From: Candidatus Kuenenia stuttgartensis | Lineage (GTDB): Bacteria > Planctomycetota > Brocadiia > Brocadiales > Brocadiaceae | Length of the DNA: 32,000 nucleotides | Reading direction: 5' to 3' | Assembly (NCBI RefSeq): GCF_900232105.1 | Contig: NZ_LT934425.1 | Span: forward strand, 960,001-992,000 | Shown here: positions 25,198 to 32,000 of the stretch, piece after piece | Layout of the letters: every line of letters begins with the position of its first letter | Numbering within the stretch: position 1 is the first letter of the stretch | The notes under the pieces: model-generated | What the model saw: only the letters and a program-made list of their open reading frames with translations | What the model was told of the DNA's origin: nothing | Database searches by the model: none | Position numbers and translations under genes: made by a program

Positions 25198-26897
25198 ACT
25201 ACTATCCATCAATTTCTTGTTTTTTATGCGTGTTTTTCATGCCGCCATTTCCGTAAGTGCTTTAATATCAAGGGCTGAAGCGGTCATCAGTGAACAAGAG
25301 AACTTCTGGCCTTTCTCCGTCAAAACATAGCGGTTGGCCCTCGGAACTTTGCGGATTAGACCGTGTGCCCGCAGCATCTTTATCCGTCGGGTCGTTCGTC
25401 CGGAATATTTCTTTTGCTGATCCTTGCCGGATTGTTCGGATTCCCGGTAAAGCCACTTACGCAAATCATGGTTGCGGAATCCATTTATCGCGTTTTCGCC
25501 TTTGGACAGGAACATCAGCATCTGGTAATCATCCTGCTGCCAGGGATTCAAACCTCGATACCTCTTGCCCTCTTTGACAACCTTGTTACAAGCGCTGCTC
25601 ACCACTTCTTTCAGTTTCTCCTCTACCTGAGCCGCCGCCAAAGCATCCCCATAACGATCATTGCATTGTTGGCTCACCTCACACCGTCGATGAAGATCGC
25701 TTACGCCCTTACGCATCTTCTGCCATGACGCCGGTTTGCCTTCATCATCATTGGGACTCCGAAAGACCTTAAAGTCCCGCGTATTATTGATCGTTGTCTC
25801 AATACGCAAGAGACTACCGCTCTTGTTATACATCTTCACTGAATTATAATTCACACTGTGCTTGACCCGTATACCTTCATAGCGTCTTCGATAGTCGCTG
25901 ATAACCTCATCAGGGGCAGCGCCTGCAAGGTTACGCCTACCCAAATACTTCATCACCGAAGAACTGTCGCAAACCCGCATCGCATGATGAACAAACGATG
26001 GAAACAACTCCTCCAATGCCTCAACCGATTTAAACATGATGTCCGTCGCCCACTCCGTCTCATCCGCAGACCAGTAATACTCCGGTTCCAACGGACGAAG
26101 AATCTGCGACAATGCCGGGCAACTGCCCAACGCAAGCCCGTTCAGCAGCTTCGCCCAGTCAGTCTTAAGCTGCTCATGGAGCAGAACCTGCGCAGCCGCA
26201 ATATCCTCTATACGCACAAAACAGTTGCCGTCCTTAACATAATCAATACCTTGCTTCTGAAGTTGCCGCTCCAGCCAATGACGACCATTGAGACAAATGA
26301 AAATATTAAACGGCGCCCAACTCTGGATACGAACATGACCAAAACCAAACACTGGATCGTTAAAATAATGATACACAAAGACACACTTGCGGGGCGCCAT
26401 TACCAACTCGAGCTTCTTGCTGGCCTTGTTGCCCTTGACCATCGGCGCAATACAAGGCTCTACCACACTCAACAGGCAGATGGAACCTTCCGTAATCCTC
26501 TTATCCGCCGCGATCTGGCGAGCCAACTTCTCCTTATCAACACCGCTGCTCATCAAATACCGCACCTCGATACCCAAATCTTTCGCCCGCGATTCACAAC
26601 TGTCTCGCACCTGTGCCGTAAGCCCATTGACCCAACCGGAAAAATCCTTAAGCAGAATTCTCGCTTGGTTCATGAATGTTCCCATCCCACGCTCACTGGC
26701 CAACCACCGCAATGTCCCGCGAAAACGAATCCTGTCCAGACCGCTTATTGCACCCACGATCCTGTCTCGATATAATTCCATCAACTTATTCATAAGTAGT
26801 GTCCTCCAAATTGTCTGATTACTATTTACGAGGATACTACTATACTTTATAATAAACTAAAAATCACCTTTTTGGTTGCGGCCAAAGGCCGCGCTAG
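25198..26897 (-). mobile_element. atypical 1,700-bp IS, copy 2
   Basis: gatccgt[ACTACTATCC...GGCCGCGCTAG]gtgaatttg. The encoded protein is identical to copy 1. Confidence 0.85.
25237..26793 (-). CDS. 518-aa IS-encoded protein (copy 2)
   Basis: The translation is identical to 19413-20969. Confidence 0.8.
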   Translation of the reverse strand: MNKLMELYRDRIVGAISGLDRIRFRGTLRWLASERGMGTFMNQARILLKDFSGWVNGLTAQVRDSCESRAKDLGIEVRYLMSSGVDKEKLARQIAADKRITEGSICLLSVVEPCIAPMVKGNKASKKLELVMAPRKCVFVYHYFNDPVFGFGHVRIQSWAPFNIFICLNGRHWLERQLQKQGIDYVKDGNCFVRIEDIAAAQVLLHEQLKTDWAKLLNGLALGSCPALSQILRPLEPEYYWSADETEWATDIMFKSVEALEELFPSFVHHAMRVCDSSSVMKYLGRRNLAGAAPDEVISDYRRRYEGIRVKHSVNYNSVKMYNKSGSLLRIETTINNTRDFKVFRSPNDDEGKPASWQKMRKGVSDLHRRCEVSQQCNDRYGDALAAAQVEEKLKEVVSSACNKVVKEGKRYRGLNPWQQDDYQMLMFLSKGENAINGFRNHDLRKWLYRESEQSGKDQQKKYSGRTTRRIKMLRAHGLIRKVPRANRYVLTEKGQKFSCSLMTASALDIKALTEMAA

Positions 26898-27102
26898 GTG
26901 AATTTGTGGTTAAATTTTAGTACACCAATCTTTTCCATTCGAGCTTCGGGTTGCCAAAATTTACTATAATACCTTTGTTAACCACGGATGAACACTGATG
27001 AACACTGATAAAAATTTCTTTATAACCTCTTATAAATAACTACAGATGAACTCTGAGAAATACGGTTAAAGAGGTTGATAATATTGATCCGTGTTCATCC
27101 GT

Positions 27103-28802
27103 ACTACTATCCATCAATTTCTTGTTTTTTATGCGTGTTTTTCATGCCGCCATTTCCGTAAGTGCTTTAATATCAAGGGCTGAAGCGGTCATCAGTGAAC
27201 AAGAGAACTTCTGGCCTTTCTCCGTCAAAACATAGCGGTTGGCCCTCGGAACTTTGCGGATTAGACCGTGTGCCCGCAGCATCTTTATCCGTCGGGTCGT
27301 TCGTCCGGAATATTTCTTTTGCTGATCCTTGCCGGATTGTTCGGATTCCCGGTAAAGCCACTTACGCAAATCATGGTTGCGGAATCCATTTATCGCGTTT
27401 TCGCCTTTGGACAGGAACATCAGCATCTGGTAATCATCCTGCTGCCAGGGATTCAAACCTCGATACCTCTTGCCCTCTTTGACAACCTTGTTACAAGCGC
27501 TGCTCACCACTTCTTTCAGTTTCTCCTCTACCTGAGCCGCCGCCAAAGCATCCCCATAACGATCATTGCATTGTTGGCTCACCTCACACCGTCGATGAAG
27601 ATCGCTTACGCCCTTACGCATCTTCTGCCATGACGCCGGTTTGCCTTCATCATCATTGGGACTCCGAAAGACCTTAAAGTCCCGCGTATTATTGATCGTT
27701 GTCTCAATACGCAAGAGACTACCGCTCTTGTTATACATCTTCACTGAATTATAATTCACACTGTGCTTGACCCGTATACCTTCATAGCGTCTTCGATAGT
27801 CGCTGATAACCTCATCAGGGGCAGCGCCTGCAAGGTTACGCCTACCCAAATACTTCATCACCGAAGAACTGTCGCAAACCCGCATCGCATGATGAACAAA
27901 CGATGGAAACAACTCCTCCAATGCCTCAACCGATTTAAACATGATGTCCGTCGCCCACTCCGTCTCATCCGCAGACCAGTAATACTCCGGTTCCAACGGA
28001 CGAAGAATCTGCGACAATGCCGGGCAACTGCCCAACGCAAGCCCGTTCAGCAGCTTCGCCCAGTCAGTCTTAAGCTGCTCATGGAGCAGAACCTGCGCAG
28101 CCGCAATATCCTCTATACGCACAAAACAGTTGCCGTCCTTAACATAATCAATACCTTGCTTCTGAAGTTGCCGCTCCAGCCAATGACGACCATTGAGACA
28201 AATGAAAATATTAAACGGCGCCCAACTCTGGATACGAACATGACCAAAACCAAACACTGGATCATTAAAATAATGATACACAAAGACACACTTGCGGGGC
28301 GCCATTACCAACTCGAGCTTCTTGCTGGCCTTGTTGCCCTTGACCATCGGCGCAATACAAGGCTCTACCACACTCAACAGGCAGATGGAACCTTCCGTAA
28401 TCCTCTTATCCGCCGCGATCTGGCGAGCCAACTTCTCCTTATCAACACCGCTGCTCATCAAATACCGCACCTCGATACCCAAATCTTTCGCCCGCGATTC
28501 ACAACTGTCTCGCACCTGTGCCGTAAGCCCATTGACCCAACCGGAAAAATCCTTAAGCAGAATTCTCGCTTGGTTCATGAATGTTCCCATCCCACGCTCA
28601 CTGGCCAACCACCGCAATGTCCCGCGAAAACGAATCCTGTCCAGACCGCTTATTGCACCCACGATCCTGTCTCGATATAATTCCATCAACTTATTCATAA
28701 GTAGTGTCCTCCAAATTGTCTGATTACTATTTACGAGGATACTACTATACTTTATAATAAACTAAAAATCACCTTTTTGGTTGCGGCCAAAGGCCGCGCT
28801 AG
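27103..28802 (-). mobile_element. atypical 1,700-bp IS, copy 3
   Basis: catccgt[ACTACTATCC...GGCCGCGCTAG]gtgaattc. It has one synonymous difference from copy 1 (A28264 vs G20535). Confidence 0.85.
27142..28698 (-). CDS. 518-aa IS-encoded protein (copy 3)
   Basis: The translation is identical to 19413-20969. Confidence 0.8.
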   Translation of the reverse strand: MNKLMELYRDRIVGAISGLDRIRFRGTLRWLASERGMGTFMNQARILLKDFSGWVNGLTAQVRDSCESRAKDLGIEVRYLMSSGVDKEKLARQIAADKRITEGSICLLSVVEPCIAPMVKGNKASKKLELVMAPRKCVFVYHYFNDPVFGFGHVRIQSWAPFNIFICLNGRHWLERQLQKQGIDYVKDGNCFVRIEDIAAAQVLLHEQLKTDWAKLLNGLALGSCPALSQILRPLEPEYYWSADETEWATDIMFKSVEALEELFPSFVHHAMRVCDSSSVMKYLGRRNLAGAAPDEVISDYRRRYEGIRVKHSVNYNSVKMYNKSGSLLRIETTINNTRDFKVFRSPNDDEGKPASWQKMRKGVSDLHRRCEVSQQCNDRYGDALAAAQVEEKLKEVVSSACNKVVKEGKRYRGLNPWQQDDYQMLMFLSKGENAINGFRNHDLRKWLYRESEQSGKDQQKKYSGRTTRRIKMLRAHGLIRKVPRANRYVLTEKGQKFSCSLMTASALDIKALTEMAA

Positions 28803-28950
28803 GTGAATTCGTGGTTAAATTTTAGTACACTATTCTTTTCCGTTCGAGCTTCGGTTTGCCAAAATTTACTATAATACCTTTGTTAACCACGGATGAACAC
28901 CGATGAACACTGATAAAAATTTCTTTATAACCTCTTATAAATAACCACGG

Positions 28951-29737
28951 ATGTACAGTAGAGTAGAAACCAGACGACAAGAACTTAGGCAGAAGTTTGT
29001 TTTCTCTGTTTGCTGGCTGGTTTCCCGCCAGTGCCACCATATCTCCGCCATATACTTATCATCTGCCCCCCTCGTCAAACCGTGCATGCGATTTTCCCGC
29101 ACACGGCTTTCCGACAGTCTTCTTCTTAAGCTTTCACAGGTTGTCTGGCAGAAACATATTTTGTCGGGTCTATTAGTCCATATCTATTGACTAATTCCTT
29201 AAACGCTCCTCGATTATAGAGCTTGCTCCTGCGCTGACTTTTCCTCTTATAATATCTCGTCAATCTCCTGAAAAGATAATATCGTAGGTCTCTTCTTCCT
29301 GCTTGGCTTTTCGATATAGTTTACGCTGAAAGTCTCGGACTCTTTCCTCATCGCTCTTTTGCGATTTCGGTATTGATAGTATGCGTTACGGTCATCAACC
29401 TGAATAATGAGACCTCCCAAGTTCATTTATATACCTTTTACAGTCATACCGTCACTCTCAACTCCGACGACACCGCATAGTTCTACCGTTTGTCTCTTGC
29501 TACCTATGCGATTACAGATTTCACCCTCTCTGGGAGGCTCATCTATCGTATTTTTAGCGTAACTAAGCCTGCGTGTTCGCTTGCACTACGGTCTGACTGC
29601 TCGCTACAGGGAACTCGAACGTATTCATCGCTGTTTACGTCCTCCCGTGAGGCTTTCTGCCTCTTTCACTACCGCCCGAACGGTCAATTGGCGGGTTGGA
29701 TTTGCACCAACTGATATATATACGCTTCTTGGCGTAC
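28951..29737 (-). mobile_element. ORF-deleted group II intron remnant (boundaries approximate)
   Basis: Domain V-like AAGCCGTGTGCGGGAAAATCGCATGCACGGTTT lies on the minus strand at 29077-29109, with an AGC triad, a GAAA loop and a 2-nt bulge. RT remnants include the N-terminal FQRKLYRKAKQEE (~29293-29335) joined to the C-terminal LYNRGAFKELVNRYGLIDPTKYV. A candidate 5' end is GTACGCC at 29737. Confidence 0.6.
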
Positions 29738-29861
29738 CGGATTAACACAGATAGAAACAAATCCCAAATAATTACGAAATTACAACTTTTCCATAATACA
29801 TTTTACTTTGGCTACCAATTGAACAAGCTGACAATCTTAATAACTAGCAGAACAATAATTT

Positions 29862-30353
29862 TCATTCCTCTCCTGCATCTTGTAATATCCCAACTACTAT
29901 TTCGTCTCTAATCCAAATACCGTTTCCCAATATCTTGGCAATGGCTGGTTTTATTGAATTAAGCAGTCCCTTTTTCTTGGCCATTAACAGTACGCCTAGT
30001 GTCCCAATCACCTTAAGTCCTAAAACTTTTGCCTGGAGTCTTGCAATCTTTTCGTCTATCAGCACATGCTGGATACCTTTTTCTTTTGCCAGGATGATAA
30101 CTTCTGCCTCACCTTGCTCCAGTTCATACAACAATTTTATCTTCTCAATATCGTGAACTTTTTCAATTCTTACCCATTCGCAAGTTTCCAGTTCATAAAC
30201 GCCAAAACTTTTTCTTCCACCAGCCATAATCTCTTCTTTGACATGCAGTGGGACACAAACGTCCGTATAAAGCTTTTCAAGTAACGGAATCTGACCACAT
30301 ATTGAAAGGGCAATCCAAGGAGATGTATTGACCACGATTCCTTTATCTGTCAC
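29862..30353 (-). CDS. PIN-like nuclease, DUF3368 family (putative toxin)
   Basis: 163 aa. The N-terminus is VVNTSPWIALS, with LEQGEAEVIILAKEKG and LIDEKIARLQAKVLGLKVIGTLGVL. There is an 11-nt overlap with the upstream UPF0175 gene. Confidence 0.75.
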   Translation of the reverse strand: MTDKGIVVNTSPWIALSICGQIPLLEKLYTDVCVPLHVKEEIMAGGRKSFGVYELETCEWVRIEKVHDIEKIKLLYELEQGEAEVIILAKEKGIQHVLIDEKIARLQAKVLGLKVIGTLGVLLMAKKKGLLNSIKPAIAKILGNGIWIRDEIVVGILQDAGEE

Positions 30354-30627
30354 TTCTGGCTTCCTCTAGTATTTCTTCCAAATCCATCTGAAATGGAGAA
30401 ACCTTGTATTTTTTTAATCTCATCAAAAACTCAACCCTGCTCAGACCAGCCATCTTTGCAGCCTTACCAGAAGATATTTTGCCAAGCTCATAAAGTTTTA
30501 ATGCTAAAAGATATCTTGCTTCATCTTCGAACTCTTCTCTGGTTTCCTTAAGAGAGAGCAGGACATCATCTGAATATTTTATAGTAAGTACATTTTCTTT
30601 CATTAATTTTATCTCCTCTTCCAACAA
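30343..30627 (-). CDS. UPF0175-family antitoxin-like protein
   Basis: 94 aa. LALKLYELGKISSGKAAKMAGLSRVEFLMRLKKYKV is the characteristic UPF0175 HTH region. Confidence 0.75.
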   Translation of the reverse strand: MLEEEIKLMKENVLTIKYSDDVLLSLKETREEFEDEARYLLALKLYELGKISSGKAAKMAGLSRVEFLMRLKKYKVSPFQMDLEEILEEARSDR

Positions 30628-31036
30628 GGTTTGTCAAGCAAATATTTGGGGTCAGACCTTGAATATAGAATACAAAATTCAGCCCGCATCTTTTTAAGTA
30701 TTCTTTGTAATTATTTTTGCCACCAGATGAACACTGCTAAAAATTTCTTTATAACCTCTTATAAATATAGCCAAACAAATATGATTTTAGGAATTTGGCA
30801 ATAAAATGGCTTTCTAAAAAACAGATTTATTTGACTAAGCATACTATACAACCCCCTTTCCGGAAAGATTTCAACAAAATCCTTATTTTAAGCGGGTTTC
30901 CACAAATTCAAAATAATATGTAGTCGCAGAATAAATGGCCTATTTATTAATACAAATCCTTTATAACCCTATAAATACTGACTTGACAAAATATTTTATT
31001 AATGATAGTGTAGTCAAAGAATATTGGGACTACATT

Positions 31037-32000
31037 ATGCACCTTACTTATAGCGATTCTAAATACAAAGGGAAAACCTATAAATCTTACTCTATTGCCG
31101 AATCCTACAGGGATGGCAAAAAGGTCAGAAAAAGAATACTTTGGCCCATCGGGAAACTTTCCGATATTCAAGCCGAGCAAATCAAACTGATATGTAAAAC
31201 AGTTGAAAACACAGATCAATTGCAGACTCAGCTCAAAGACGTTGCAGTCCTGGAAAGCAGGGCATATCTCGATATAGCCGTTGTTAATGAGTTGTGGAAC
31301 CAGTGGCAGCTTGATCAGGCTTTTGACTACGATGTCACTGCAGGCGCCCTTCCTACCAATATGATTGCAAAGATACTGACTATTAACAGGTGCACCGATC
31401 CGTGTTCTCATTATTCCATTCCTCATTGGGCGAAAAAGAGCGCGCTGGAGGACATTCTTAAAATTGATCTTTCAGGCCTAAATGACGATAAAATCTATTA
31501 TGAATTAGATAAAATACACAAAAACAAAATATCTATAGAGAACCACCTTTTTAACCAAACCTTCTGGAAACGTCCGGAATCCTATAAATTTATCAACTAC
31601 GACCTAACTACTTCCTACTTTGTGGGATATAACTGTGATCTATCGGCATTTGGCAAGGGCAAAATAGAGTGTCATGGCAGGCGGCAGGTCTTACTGGGTG
31701 TTCTTATCAACTCTGAGGGATATCCTTTCAAATGGGATGTATTCCCCGGGAACACCGCTGAGGTAAAAACCCTCAAACAGAATATCAATGCCTGTAAAAC
31801 CAGATTCAAATTGACTGATAAAAACGTCACCCTTGTATTTGACAGAGGCATAATCTCTGAGGACAATGCCAATTTGATAGAAGAAGCCAAACTCAAATAC
31901 ATCTCGGCATTGGATAGAAATCAGATACCCTCTTGCGGTGTCAGTTTAAAGTCTCTTAATGGGTTATCCATAGAAGATAAGGACGCCTCCGATATACCTA
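31037..32000 (+). CDS. IS1634-family-like DDE transposase, 3'-partial (runs off the window; absent from the ORF track)
   Basis: My own translation from ATG 31037 is MHLTYSDSKYKGKTYKSYSIAESYRDGKKVRKRILWPIGKLSD...INYDLTTSYFVG...ECHGRRQVLLGVLINSEGYPFKWDVFPGNTAEVKTL...VFDRGIIS. It is open to position 32000. Confidence 0.75.
   Translation, partial: MHLTYSDSKYKGKTYKSYSIAESYRDGKKVRKRILWPIGKLSDIQAEQIKLICKTVENTDQLQTQLKDVAVLESRAYLDIAVVNELWNQWQLDQAFDYDVTAGALPTNMIAKILTINRCTDPCSHYSIPHWAKKSALEDILKIDLSGLNDDKIYYELDKIHKNKISIENHLFNQTFWKRPESYKFINYDLTTSYFVGYNCDLSAFGKGKIECHGRRQVLLGVLINSEGYPFKWDVFPGNTAEVKTLKQNINACKTRFKLTDKNVTLVFDRGIISEDNANLIEEAKLKYISALDRNQIPSCGVSLKSLNGLSIEDKDASDIP

Larger units (their letters stand above)
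24511..28950. repeat. tandem array of a ~205-bp unit (one 5'-partial unit, three full units, one 3'-truncated unit) interrupted by mobile elements
   Basis: Units are at 24511-24622 (partial), 24623-24827, 25003-25197 (10-bp shorter), 26898-27102 and 28803-28950 (truncated). Every unit ends ...GATCCGTGTTCATCCGT and the next starts GTGAATTCGTGGTTAA. Confidence 0.8.

Noticed and set aside
24511-28950. Possible CRISPR array (regularly spaced repeats)
   Set aside because: The units are ~205 bp and directly abutting, with no unique spacers. The material between the units is IS or MITE copies. No cas genes are present.
29690-29725. Cobalamin-riboswitch-like string (minus strand GGTGCAAATCCAACCCGCC)
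   Set aside because: There is no B12 box and no downstream regulated gene. The surrounding sequence has a domain V and RT remnants, so it is better explained as group II intron domain I.
30947-31426. 159-aa minus-strand ORF
   Set aside because: It is antisense to the much better supported IS1634-like transposase frame and has no recognisable motifs.

Overview
In this 32-kb window every gene I can support lies on the minus strand, except a terminal IS1634-like transposase. All alignments were done by eye and family calls come from motif memory, not database searches. I saw no rRNA, tRNA or CRISPR array.

Left ~15 kb (488-14757): a surface-glycan (O-antigen/EPS-type) biosynthesis cluster.
- Intact genes: three GT4-type glycosyltransferases, four class I SAM methyltransferases, a hexapeptide-repeat acetyltransferase, an EpsG-like polymerase and a MOP/Wzx-type flippase.
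- The cluster is visibly decaying. It holds four more methyltransferase-derived loci and three glycosyltransferase fragments. One frameshift sits inside a G12 homopolymer, and there is one IS1380-like insertion with a 5-bp TSD.

Right ~17 kb: a mobile-element and repeat nest around two nucleotide-sugar genes.
- A UDP-sugar 6-dehydrogenase is split after codon 14 by an IS.
- A UDP-glucuronate-4-epimerase-like gene has its 3' end rewritten by a MITE.

Most notable:
- Three essentially identical copies of a 1,700-bp element with no terminal inverted repeats and no target duplication. It encodes a 518-aa protein I cannot place in any transposase family.
- A 175-bp non-autonomous derivative of that element (three full copies plus one partial).
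- A ~205-bp tandem repeat array in which 3 of 4 unit junctions are occupied by that element family.

Also present: two other MITE-like families with 8-bp TSDs, an ORF-deleted group II intron, and two intact and two decayed toxin-antitoxin pairs.
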